A DNA stretch of 63,999 nt, counting the filler, from Basidiobolus ranarum (taxonomy: Eukaryota): assembly GCA_040143965.1 (NCBI GenBank). It is 14 parts of 14 records of this genome, joined end to end, with 100 filler letters (N's around TTAATTAATTAA, not from the genome) between each part and the next. Parts side by side here need not be neighbours in the genome. Positions count along the whole stretch, not along the records: positions 1 to 4,515 come from JASJQH010008810.1; positions 4,616 to 9,129 come from JASJQH010008811.1; positions 9,230 to 13,740 come from JASJQH010008812.1; 11 more parts are not named here. One strand, 5' to 3'. Position numbers and translations under genes: made by a program. The notes under the pieces are model-generated. The model made no database searches. It was not told where the DNA came from and saw only the letters and a program-made list of their open reading frames with translations. The first letter of the stretch is position 1; every line of letters begins with the position of its first letter. Below are positions 1 through 11,665 of this stretch, in pieces.

Positions 1-232
1 CTAATCAGTCAAATATGTGCATATGTAGAGACTAAACACAACGAGATTCTTGTATTTTTTGATTCTCATTATGGCTGGAATACAAAGCCTAAAATATCTC
101 AATAAAGGCATGCATATTAATTTGAATTCCTACAGCAGTAAACCCAGTAATTTGCCATTCGAAAATTATATTTTTGCAAAAATTGCTGGATATTGAATAA
201 CGCATGCCAAATTTGAGGATCAATATTTTAAC
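1..232 (+). mobile_element. Fragment of the repeat lying 3' of the CACTA-like transposase in contig 3
   Basis: Aligns by eye to the reverse complement of 11666-11895 (shared TTATGGCTGGAATACAAAGCCTAAAATAT). Confidence 0.7.
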
Positions 233-547
233 ATGCTTCTTTCCCTCGGAGAAGCTATGATCTCACCCACTGGTCTTCAATTCACCTATACCCAAGTTGG
301 CCGTCAAATGAAATCCACCTCATCCTCCTTCTGGTTGCTTTGTGTTTCCCTTGGTAACTTGGTTGTAACAGCTGTTGAGGAAGGCTTGAAGGGTACCTCG
401 TTGCAAGGACCTCCCAAGTACTTCTTCTATTGTGCTATTGGTCTTGTTGCCAACGGAATCTTCTGTTTCTTGGCTACCAGATATACCTACAAGGAAGATA
501 GGGATTCTAAAGTCAGAAATGAAGAGACCAAGAAGTCGGACTACTAA
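233..547 (+). pseudogene. C-terminal fragment of a POT/PTR2 peptide transporter; 5' part absent at a repeat junction
   Basis: GEAMISPTGLQFTYTQVGRQMKS...FWLL..SLGN matches the POT C-terminal motif; upstream DNA is repeat. Confidence 0.7.
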
Positions 548-3500
548 GAGTAACTATTTACTTATCCTAGTATTGGCTAAGTATCTCAATAATTGTATCT
601 ATTAATTTATTCCAATCTTGTTGTGATTTTGTTCAAGTCAACTGATTGCAGTTACCATACGTTCGTAATAGTTTAAATCTCAGAGCTCTAGTTACATACA
701 TTCTACCTCATTGGCAACTAACCTGTCAATCTCTCTTGTCTAATAAAATATACTGTAACCATCATCATCTTGTGTAGGCCGTACTATGTATACATAACCA
801 GGCATTTTTGTATGGAAGCCTAAATGTTCGTAGACAGTAATTACTAAAGTTGAGATAATTGTGCATCAGGCGATTTGTATGATATGAGATGTTATCGTTT
901 TCTATTACCCTACTTTTACATGAAAGAGCTTGAAGTTTTGGTAATGCCAATTGTTACCGTTTTTGCATACCACCATATTTATAACCGGTGAGATCTAGTT
1001 TAATCAAGCTCGGTTTTCCGAGTAATATACTACGAGTATCATGCTTGCTAGCGATATCTTGAAGATATATGGTGTTATCGATGTTTTTTTCTGTGTTCAC
1101 GGCGGTAAATTGTTCAATCGGCACCATTCACCAACATTCAAGTTAATCACTAGATAAAATACACATCAATATGAATACCTTTGGATTACTCTGTGTTTCA
1201 ATATGTAAATTCAGTGTAGCCAGTCAAGGTGGTAGTGAGAGTACTTCGTAGACACTTCTATTGCACTGTTGGTATTGTAGCTATTGTAATCTGAGTCATG
1301 ACTGCCGAAAAAACCTACCAGGATATTGAAAGTAAGAATAGACACTGATGAACATCTAGATTAATGATATAGCCAATTTTGTCACACTGCTCTTTGTCAC
1401 TTTATCCTATGCTAAATTGAAAATGGTAAATATCATATCAGCTTTTCGTTTACAGACTGTATATGGGAATTTCGTCAAATCAAGCCTTTTATTGCTTACA
1501 TCATCAAAGTTAAATCTGTTGAGCAGCTATGGTGATATACACATATTCTATCTACTCCATCGACATCAACATCACCTTTAAAGGCGTTTGTTCTAAATGA
1601 TGGCAAGTGACCTCGGAGAGTTTTCATTTGAATTCTAACTGAAAATGTGTGCCTTACACTAAACTAGGTTTCCAATCATCGTCTTGTGCCACGTTTTTCC
1701 ACCCTATTTCGGGATGTTCCTTATTACCAAGTGCTTTGGATTGGATAACATTTTGCGATACCAACAAAGTTATCACCTGATCCATTGATTTTTACCGAGC
1801 CTAGAAATTTCCTAGATATGCCGATTCTATTCATTCGGATTAGCAAGTGGCGCACTAGACGAGGTCCATCTAATTTCTGGTTGCACTCTGTTTCACACGC
1901 ATTGTAGCTCAACTTTATACGCTTCGATATAGCGTCTAGTCTTCTTACCTAAGAGAGTTTCCTTAAAGAATTGAACACATACATGGACCATCTAAATGCT
2001 GAGCAGGTAGCGACACTCACCGATAGCCGATTGCACTGGAAAAGATAAGACGTAATATTAATTTGATCCACATGCAAAGTATCTGCGGTGAAAGAAGTCC
2101 CTTTCCGGGAATCCTGATGTTGATTAAGAAATTTAAATCATTCTAGTATTGATCTGGATTCCAGCACTGTAAGAGTATAGCAAATGAGTAAATCTGAGTG
2201 TTCTCCCTTGCGCTTCTTTTGGTAATGGATTTACTATTCACGCTTGGCAAGGAATGTTTGTTGTATATCTGTACATATTTTTCATGATTAGACAAGTAAT
2301 GGCAAACCAGGAAATGTGAATTTCGTGGTTAGTACAGCTTATTGCGTGACAGATTTAAAGATATGTGACAAAGCGCAAAGTGAACAGACCACTTGTGCCA
2401 TATAGTATTATGAGAGTATCTGCCTATGTAACTTGCTGTAGTTAAGGCTGCACTTCTACCAGCTCAGAGCCTGGCATTACCTATCAAGATTCTCTTGTTG
2501 TCAACATTTTTGTCAATAGATCAACGCACCTTACTCTTCATGGTCATTTGGGCATTGATACACCTAGGAATTGATTCGATTTGACATTATTGTGTGCTTT
2601 TATTTTATCGAATACGAGCTTTAAATATGTTCAGAATGCACCTATGATACTGTTAGATATACCATCTTCGAAGAGTCCAGTAATGTGCACTCTTGGACTT
2701 GGCATAACTATGATGACACACCATTTTTCACTTCACCCACAATCAAGCTCGCTCCCATTTGTGCGCCGTTCCAGTATCCTCCAAAGCACACAGTATTTGA
2801 CTTGAGATCTTGTTTGTAGCCGTATTACAAGAATAATTGAAGGGCGCTTCCCCATCATTTTAAATGATTGCAAATTTTAACCAACCAAAATACACTTACC
2901 ACTAAGAAAGCTGAAACACGCGTTCATATCTTATTCGAATACAATACAAGGTTAATTCTCTGGTTAATTCTCTGAAACCATTCAATACTGATTTAGCCAC
3001 AAATAACTTGAGGATGTGGGGCACTAATTACGTTTTCTCGCTCATTTAGCTATCTTGTAGTTACTATCATGATATCTTATTCGAGATCTTCCACAGTTCA
3101 TTCATAACGAGATTACTATTTAAGCATAAATGAGATTTAGATTCTTAACACCATCAATGACTAATTGTGGGAGCATCGAGTACAAATGGAATCCCATGAT
3201 ACACTATGAAAATCCAGAAGGAGTTAGGAATCTACATGTGGTTTTCGGTTTGACTCAGCCATTTATCAATTCAATAGTGAGAATATCATTGTATTTGCAA
3301 TTGTTGCTTATGAAGATGAATGAAGGAGAAATCCAGTTACTGCTTTGATAGAAGTGTCCAACGATATGTACAATGTATTGATCTTGCACTTCTTTCGAAA
3401 TTGTCTGAAGATAGAGCCACATGATACACTGATGCACGCAATTCCGAATTTGTAGTTATAATTTACCACTAACTGAGAAATCTCCCACATGACTAAAACC

Positions 3501-3754
3501 TTGAATTTGATAACGTCGCAATAAATCCATATTCTCAGACTGGAAATCCACAACTAAGGATCAGTGAATATCAATATCCTCACGCTATAACCAGTCAATT
3601 CCGGTTTTCTTAAGCTAAGTTCCTTAGTTTATTTGAAATGCAAATGTCAAGTTTTCTGGGGCCACACTGGTTACACTACGGATTTCAACTTAATCCAGAT
3701 GAGTGTATTATCTATCACGAAATCTACAACATCTAAGCATTATTAGTTGGAGAC

Positions 3755-3761
3755 TATATAA
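3755..3761 (+). promoter_or_regulatory. Putative TATA box of the PTR2-like gene
   Basis: TATATAA about 50 bp upstream of ATG 3810. Confidence 0.5.
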
Positions 3762-3809
3762 GAGGAACCAGAGAATTGCAAGTAGACACCATCATCAGTT
3801 CAACTAACT

Positions 3810-4515
3810 ATGACTACAAACGAGAAAGACATTCACGAGCTCCAACAGATGGAAATCGGCGCTGCTGATGAAGAGCAACTCACTGAACGTGAGAAAGAAC
3901 TTCTCCGCCTGGAGCGTGAGTTGAACGCAAAACTCGATCAACAGCTTCTTGAGAATCCCAACAAAGTCCCCAAGGCTGTTTGGTTTATTATTCCTAACGA
4001 ATTCGGTGAACGTTTCACTTACTATGGTATCAAGAATCTTCTCCAACAATACTTCAAGACTGCAGTTGGTCTTAATCCTATTGATGCAAAGGTACAAACA
4101 CACGCCTTTACCATGATGGCCTACTTCTTCCCTCTTCTTGGAGCTGCTGTCTCCGACTCTTGGTTGGGTAAATACCATACAATCGTTTACCTTTCTATTG
4201 TCTACTTCCTCGGTACTATTCTTTTGGCTGTATTCTCCATCAACGGATTGATTGCTCAATTCGGTAACTATCCTATCTGGACAGCCATGGTTCCATTGAC
4301 TTTCATTGCACTCGGTACTGGTGGTATCAAGCCATGTGTATCGTCTCATGGTGGTGATCAATATCTTCCTCACCAGACCAAGGCTTTGGATTGGTTTTTT
4401 GCCATGTTCTACATTGCTATCAACACCGGTGCTCTCCTTGCTCAGTACATTACCCCAGCCATCAAGACTAACACCCAATGCTTCGGAAGCATGTGCTACT
4501 TTGGAGCTTTCATTC
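3810..4515 (+). CDS. PTR2: POT/PTR2 proton-dependent oligopeptide transporter, 3' end cut by contig end
   Basis: EFGERFTYYG (ExxERFxYYG), GAAVSDSWLGKYHTI, GTGGIKPCVSSHGGDQ, FYIAINTG. Confidence 0.92.
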
Positions 4516-4615
4516 NNNNNNNNNNNNNNNNNNNNNNNNNNNNNNNNNNNNNNNNNNNNTTAATTAATTAANNNNNNNNNNNNNNNNNNNNNNNNNNNNN
4601 NNNNNNNNNNNNNNN
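4516..4615. other. Artificial contig linker N44-TTAATTAATTAA-N44 (first of 13)
   Basis: Identical 100-bp linkers start at 4516, 9130, 13741, 18347, 22950, 27550, 32149, 36747, 41342, 45933, 50523, 55110, 59694. Confidence 0.99.
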
Positions 4616-5165
4616 AATATTTTTACCAACTTAGAAGTTCTCAGATATATAGATTTTTCAAACTTGTGCTAGAAGCCCCAAACTTTGCACACATGTTCCT
4701 GGGACCTTCTTTAACATATTCTACACATTAGTTTGTTTACATCTTGACAAAACTATACATGTGAACTTTCTACTCAATAAATCAATAAGTGAAAACCACC
4801 AATTCCTCTAATTCTCCAAACCACTTCCAACAGGCTCCCAAATACTTTAACAATATATAGCTTAGTATTTAGTTATTCGATATTGAACCAAGATAATACC
4901 CATTATTCTCATCTGGAACTTACTTGGAATATTGACACCAACTTAGAAGTTATCAGATATATGGATTTTTTAAACTTGCGCTAGAAGCCCCAAATTTTGC
5001 ACACATGTTCCTGGGATCTTCTTTAACACATTCTACATGTTAGTTTATTTACATATCGACAAAACTCTAAATGTGAACTTTCCACTCAATAAATCAGTAA
5101 GTGAAAAACCACCAATTTCTCTAATTCTTCAAACCACTTCCAACAGGCTCCCAAAATACTTCAAT
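4616..5165 (+). mobile_element. Two tandem partial copies of Copia family A LTR (4616-4852, 4853-5165)
   Basis: Both match the solo LTR at 32836-33184, including CCACTTCCAACAGGCTCCCAAA near the end. Confidence 0.88.
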
Positions 5166-5551
5166 ACTCTTTGGGCTCTGCTTAGGCTGAGTGACAAATA
5201 CCCAGTTCATACATGGAGTGAATGCAGAGATATTGTCTTTTGAAAAATGCATGCAAAAAAAGTGAATATGATATTAATCATACTTCAAATAACACAACTA
5301 TTGAAAATACATACACCACATAAATTTACCTTGACGGCAACATAAACAGCAATTACTAAAAACATGCACAATGTGTTTGAGATATCTTCCAGTTAATTAT
5401 GAAATATGATTGTATGACTACCACACGACAGACACTATCCCCGTATACAAAATCGTCTATAAAAAGTATCGTTTATAATGTAATATATGAATCAAGAGAA
5501 GATGTACGTCCCATACTATATATTAACACAATCACTCTCTGAATAAGCGGA

Positions 5552-6754
5552 TCACATTAGAGCTACAAAATTATCCATCTCCATAACAATGGGTGATTCT
5601 CCATATCCAAGAATTTGTGAGATCATTGTCTCTTTGCAGCCTTTAATGCGATTCAGCTCCTTGCTGGAGTAGTTGACGAGTCCTTTACCAACCATCACAA
5701 TACCAATCTCACCATTTCCATTCACTGGTTTCGCCACTGCTATGCTGACTCCTTGGTTGGGTACAAACTGTCCATCAACTCGGACTATGTGTGAGCTCGA
5801 AAGAGCATTGGGATCTTTGGCGAGCATCTCGGCTGACTCTTCATCAACCACCACTGTGCCAGCAGTGTGGATACCATGCAAGATCCACCATTTCCGGTCC
5901 ACCATTGGCACAGGCTTAGCAACAAAGCATGTGTGCAGTGGTACTTCCAACTTGGAATCAGTCTCGCCACCTTCATAGTACCTGACGATATCAAACACTC
6001 GTTCAGGCTCACTTCCTCTAGTGATCACCGTGTGTACTCCAGCAGCAGTGGCCAACTCGGCTGCTACCAGCTTGGTCACCATACCACCCGTTCCTACTGA
6101 GCTGCCGGGTGATGTGACGTTGATTTCTTTCTTGAGTTGGTCAATATCTGTCACTCTGGACACAACTTTGGCATCAGGGTTGCTGCGCGGATTGTCGGTG
6201 TAGAGACAGTCCACATCAGTCAGCAGGAAGAGATAGTCAGCTTGAACCATTCCAGCGGTGATCGCACTCAGAGTATCGTTGTCTCCGAATCGAATCTCGT
6301 TGACACTGATGGTGTCATTTTCATTGACAATTGGAACCACTCCAGCCGAGAACAGCTCCTCGAAAGTGTCCCTGGCGTTGTTGTAGCGAGTACGATCGGC
6401 GAGGTCACCTTTGGTCAAGAGTATCTGTGCAGTGGGTTGCTTGAACATGGAGAACAAATCTTCATAGAGGCTCATCAGCTTACTTTGGCCTACTGCTGCT
6501 AGTGCTTGTCTCTTAGCTAGCTCTGAGGGTTTGGTGCTGACGTTGAGAGCACGCATTCCCACTCCGACAGCTCCACTGGTTGTCAGGGCGACACGATGGC
6601 CAAGAGCCTTTAGCTTGACAATGGTTTCCACGATATGTGAAAGGGTAGCAAGATGAGGGAGGTGGGTGACTTCGTCACAGATTGAGGAGGTACCAAGCTT
6701 TAGGACAATGGTTAAACCTTTACTACTCTCGATCGCCTCGTTGTTCATGACCAT
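5552..6754 (-). CDS. PRO1: Glutamate 5-kinase with C-terminal PUA-like domain, complete, intronless, 400 aa
   Basis: IVLKLGTSS, SGAVGVG, AAVGQ, PIVNENDT, FGDNDTLSA, GTGGMVTK. Confidence 0.96.
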   Translation of the reverse strand: MVMNNEAIESSKGLTIVLKLGTSSICDEVTHLPHLATLSHIVETIVKLKALGHRVALTTSGAVGVGMRALNVSTKPSELAKRQALAAVGQSKLMSLYEDLFSMFKQPTAQILLTKGDLADRTRYNNARDTFEELFSAGVVPIVNENDTISVNEIRFGDNDTLSAITAGMVQADYLFLLTDVDCLYTDNPRSNPDAKVVSRVTDIDQLKKEINVTSPGSSVGTGGMVTKLVAAELATAAGVHTVITRGSEPERVFDIVRYYEGGETDSKLEVPLHTCFVAKPVPMVDRKWWILHGIHTAGTVVVDEESAEMLAKDPNALSSSHIVRVDGQFVPNQGVSIAVAKPVNGNGEIGIVMVGKGLVNYSSKELNRIKGCKETMISQILGYGESPIVMEMDNFVALM

Positions 6755-6970
6755 TTTGTTTTATAAGAATCCGGTAGTCGTTCAAATTGTAACGGTAATC
6801 AAATGAAATATATGAATTGTCCGATGATTTTACTAATATTCCAGGGCGTCTATTTCGGATTTTTATAGGTTCTCGGATTATTTGCGGAAAAGAATTTGTA
6901 CATTTTCATGATTAAATCTTCACTATTAATACATGTGTTTTTCCAGTTTTTCCATGTGATGAGAAAAGTC

Positions 6971-6980
6971 TTGACGTCAA
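6971..6980. promoter_or_regulatory. CRE/ATF-type bZIP palindrome TTGACGTCAA
   Basis: Perfect palindrome about 220 bp upstream of the PRO1 ATG. Confidence 0.4.
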
Positions 6981-7353
6981 TATGAGCTCTAATCAACCTT
7001 GTGCCTCCAATGTCCTGTGCGCACGAAAACCTTATTGATAAGGATGATCCATGTTAATTGGATACCAGTTTCCAAATCAAGATCCCTCTTCTATCCGAAC
7101 TGATATATCCTGACTCTTGCATACAAAAGGGAGTAAATATGTTCAGTCAGTTCCCGTAACCGTGGAGTCCATGAACTGTCTGATTCGTAATAAACACTCA
7201 GTTCCCATAATACTTAATAGTCATTGGATAAGCATACGATCTTTTGCTTATCTAAAATGAAGCAACCGCCTTCATCTTTAAAACACCAACTTCTCATTGG
7301 TTCTTTAATTCACAGTATATTAAAGATCTAGAACAACCGTGGTACATGTTAGA

Positions 7354-7367
7354 GCTTGACGTCAAGC
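7354..7367. promoter_or_regulatory. 14-bp palindrome GCTTGACGTCAAGC containing a CRE core
   Basis: Second TGACGTCA in the same divergent promoter region. Confidence 0.4.
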
Positions 7368-8771
7368 AATGCAACTGAATTTTTTAATCACGCAAGATAT
7401 TCCGTCAACTACAATACATACTCCAATCGAAAACCATCGTCAACACAATATTCCTGAAAAGAAGAGACCAAATCCATCCATTGAATTTTACTGGTGAACA
7501 CTGGCTTATTGATGCTTTGAACAAAGATATTGGTTTATTAACTATCATATGAAATCCACCTTGTCATACCCAAAGTGTCAGCAGCATCACTACAGCTCCT
7601 CAGCTGTATGCCTGGATGAAGACTCTGATTTGGAATTTCTCATGCTCACTCAATGTTGTTCATCCTCTCATTCCCCCACTAATTACGCTGGTTATATTTG
7701 CAAATATATCGGGTCACTCAAGCTCATCTTGTAGTATATCATAGAGCAGCATTTGATCTGCTTTTCTAGGAAATGACTACGTAGCAGTATGTTTTAGCTC
7801 CTGATGGTTGGGCATCACGACAAAAGAGGTTCTATTATCACCATGTGACAGATTGAACTGTATGAGTTACAGCTGGTGATATCGTGTTTTTGTAGGTGCC
7901 GATACGCTTGAAAGGAGGAACAGATTGGAGCGATGGCAAAGGATATGTATCATGAAGTCCTCAGAGTGCATAGAACAGTCGCAGTGCAAATTGATCAAGT
8001 AGCTGCCCATTACGAAGTAGGGCAATACGAGTGTACTTTATTATGCTCGACATCGAATGCATTCACAGCAATCATCTGGAGTTGAAATTAGCCCGATTTG
8101 GAAAGTTAGCAACACGCACTTTAAAACGTTTGGCTTTTGCTAAAACCCTTGTGTAATTGAGCAATGGCATGGTAAGTTGTTTGAAGAGCAATACTTGATT
8201 GGTTGGATGGAACGATCGACTTTTGTCATGTGCAACAAAATTGGGGCTACTTAGGACGAAGTTGGTGGATACTTCTTCATGCTGGTAACTTTGCTATGAC
8301 ATCATAACTAGTGCAATCCTAATAATTACCGGCCAATAGAACTCACGCCTACAGAGTCCAATAAAGTGGGCTAGATAGGGGAGTGAAGAGAGAATGTTTG
8401 AGCTATCATGATAAAGATTATTGCGAGGTGTCGGAGGTAGAGTTTGTTGAAATTAAACGTTTTGATCGGCTGCACCTATCCCTTTCCATATGGACATTTC
8501 TAACGCAGTGCTCAATTTCTCCCACTTAGCAGCATGATGCTCAATTGAATTTTTCCATGCCTCTTGAAAGGTCGTAACGTATGTTTCAATCATGAGGTTA
8601 TCAATGAAACTTGGAGATCGTGTGAAGTCGATCATGTCAGTAGTAATTTGTAGAATTGAAGTAGGTATATAACAAGTATGAGATGAAAGTTATTCTCCAA
8701 ATCATTACATTCAGTTACTCACATTTAACACTATTAATATATAGAACAACCTCTAGAGAGCTATAGAGAAA

Positions 8772-9129
8772 ATGATTGTCCCTAACGAAACACAAATCCA
8801 AAAACAGTTGACAATCGTACTAAAACTGGGTACTTCTTCCATTTGTGACGAAGTCACTCACGTTCCACATCTGGCAAATCTTTCACATGTGGTAGAGACC
8901 ATTGTCAAGCTAAAGGCTCTTGGTCACCGAGTCGCTCTGACAACCAGCGGAGCAGTCGGCATTGGTATGCGTGCTCTAAATGTTGACATCAAACCTACCG
9001 AATTAGCCAAAATCCAGGCTTTGGCTGCTGTAGGACAGGGTAAGCTGATGAGCCTCTATGAAGATTTGTTCTCCATGTTCAAGCAACCCACTGCACAGAT
9101 ACTCTTGACCAAAGGTGACCTCGCCGATC
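8772..9129 (+). CDS. PRO1: Second glutamate 5-kinase paralog, divergently oriented, 3' end cut by contig end
   Basis: LTIVLKLGTSSICDEVTH...AAVGQGKLMSLYEDLFSMFKQPTAQILLTKGDLAD, near-identical to copy 1. Confidence 0.93.
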
Positions 9130-9599
9130 NNNNNNNNNNNNNNNNNNNNNNNNNNNNNNNNNNNNNNNNNNNNTTAATTAATTAANNNNNNNNNNNNNNN
9201 NNNNNNNNNNNNNNNNNNNNNNNNNNNNNCCACCATTATTGGTACATATTTTCTTGATTTTAGTTCCAGTTTTAGTCTGTACAAGTGCCTTAAGGTGCCT
9301 GAGGATAGAGAGTGCTTCTTCTTTCTTTCCATAAAGTAGACCTAAATGTATCTTGCATAATCATCAATAAATATGATTAATTGTCTTGTTCACTCTAAAG
9401 ATAAATTTTGCATAGTTCCATACAAATCTGGAGGAATTAGAACCACTTTCTTGACAGGTTTAATTAAAACCAGAGCTCTTGAATGGTTGACTGGCTTAGT
9501 TTTCATTTATACAGCCCTCACAAATTTCCATTTTGGTTTGGGGATAAATTTGAAATACAGAAATTAGGTGCATTTTGATCATTTTGGTCAAATGGTCAA

Positions 9600-11236
9600 T
9601 TCCAACACGGCCAAATCTCTTACGCTAAAATTAAATAGTTTCTTGATTAGAATAACTTATATTTACACATACACCACTTGGATTATATGCAAGTTCTTCT
9701 AAGTTCTGATCCTTTTCTGTCAAAGCTAAATAATTGCCATATTGAACAGTGATGGTGAATCCTGACTTATCAAAGCAAATTTTAGCCCTTCTGAGGTGGC
9801 CTTGCATACAGATATTAAATTCTTGGCTAAATCTGGAACATGCAGTGCATCCTTGAAAGTAAATACTTTCTCTTCATAAGCTCCAGGTATATTGACTTGT
9901 ATTGCTCCCATTCAAATGGCATCAAATGTGAAGTCATCCCCCATGAAAACCTTTCTATTTGTGATTTCTGCATAATCCACAAACCAATGTTTTTAGTTTG
10001 TAAAATATTGGGATGCTCCAAAATCAATACACCTAATATGAGAATCCTTGTTGGTAGTCATAGATACAGCAGATAGGTATAAATTATCTTCTGTTGTAAC
10101 CACAAGTCCAGATTCAGTATGTTTTTTTTCTTAGCAGCTCTTTAAAGCAACAATTGCTTATATGGCCTGTTCTTTTACAGTAATCATGGAATGTGTTACT
10201 TTTCCTCTTCAAGTGCTTTTGACATATATAAGAAATTTTTCCATGGCTTATTAAAGCATTTTCTTCATTCTTTTGATTGGATCTTGGTTTAGGTAGATCT
10301 TCATCCAGAAGTGTGCCAAATATATAATATAAGGTCAAATTTCAGTTCTTGATTGCTTAGCCATTACCACCAGGCTTGGAAGCTGGTGTGGCAGGCTATT
10401 CAGGACTATAACTACAATTTCTTGATCAGTAGTAGGTACTCTAATCTATTTAAATTCATCCACTAAAATAGTGACTCTATTAATTAGCAATTAAATTCCT
10501 TCTCTTGAATTCATCTTTGAGTTAAAGCATTGTCTTCTTAGAAACACCTTGTTGGCAGCAGAACTTGTTTAGTAGGTGTCTTGCAAGGCTTTTCATACCT
10601 TCTCAGCAGTTTTAGCTCTTAAACAATAAATTAGCATCTTGTCTTAAACATTAAGATAAACTGTGTTAAAGGCACTGTGTTCTGTCTTAATCAAGAGTAA
10701 AGCTTTGGTTTCAGAGAGTTTTGCACTGTTTTCTCCTGCTTCAGCAGCATCCCAAAGTCCATTTTCTTGCAGCAGCATTTTCATTTTAATATTCCAAACT
10801 TGATATTTGATTCCTTGCAATTTTTCAGATTAGGGGAAAGTTCCATAAATTTTACAAGTAGACATTACAGAGAGTGCAAGATTGGGGCACACAACCTGTT
10901 AAATACTTGGGAGCCTGTAGGAGGTTGTTTGGAGAATTAGAGCATTTGATGGTTTTCACTTGTTAACTTCTTGAGTGGAAAGTTGCCATTTATAGTTTTG
11001 TCATGTTGTAATCAAACTATCATGTAGAATGTGTTAAGGAAGGTTGTAGGAACATGTGTGCAAAGTTTGGGGTTTCTAGCAGAAGTTTGAAAAATCTCTA
11101 TATCCAAGAACTTTAGTTGGTAAATATTGTAAGTATATCCAATTGAGAATAATGGATGATATCTTGGTGAAATATAAGATCATTAGGTACTAGCTATATA
11201 TGCTTATATAGGTGCTTAGGCAATGTAATTTCAACA
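9600..11236 (-). mobile_element. Degenerate Ty1/Copia family A 5' half: LTR 10897-11236, PBS 10881-10896, gag from 10865, zinc knuckle and protease remnants
   Basis: TG..CA LTR, PBS GGTTGTGTGCCCC, gag EKLQGIKYQVWNIKMKMLLQENGLWD, YCKRTGHISNCC, ALHVPDLAKNLISV; stops and frameshifts. Confidence 0.88.
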
Positions 11237-11254
11237 CTTGTGGCCCTTCTTTAC

Positions 11255-11440
11255 TAGAGACTACCAAAAAAGAGATAAGAAGCCTTTAATTTCATCTGTC
11301 AAAGCTTGAACAATTAATTTTTTGTGACTATTCAATAAACAACAACTTCCATAGGCTTGAGCTGTATTAGAGGAGTGTTACAAAACCAAAAGTCTTGCTG
11401 ATAGATTTTTTCTCAGACAAAAATTTATCAATATAACAAT
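11255..11440 (+). mobile_element. Copia gag (UBN2-like) fragment
   Basis: Reads LEECYKTKSLADRFFLRQKF, similar to the gag at 62570-62630. Confidence 0.55.
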
Positions 11441-11665
11441 AGGAAATCTGATATCATGGTTGCTCTTATTGTATATAGGAGATCTTTGGCAAAATAACTA
11501 TAAATCCTTGACAAAAATAAAATCAATTTGATCTGGATCAGATCCACACTTCTGGATAGCAAAACCATCAGAGAACTGTCACAATATTGGTGGCTTGCAT
11601 TCTGCCAGGGATTTTGATGGTGAGATGGCAACTTCTTGATGGTATTTTGAGAGTGTTCATATATA

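Noticed and set aside
4516-4615. TTAATTAATTAA as a biological motif; ORFs ending in X-runs and LIN
   Set aside because: Artificial six-frame stop linker
3804-6502. Antisense ORFs 3804-4478, 5673-5978 and 6137-6502
   Set aside because: Shadows of real genes on the opposite strand
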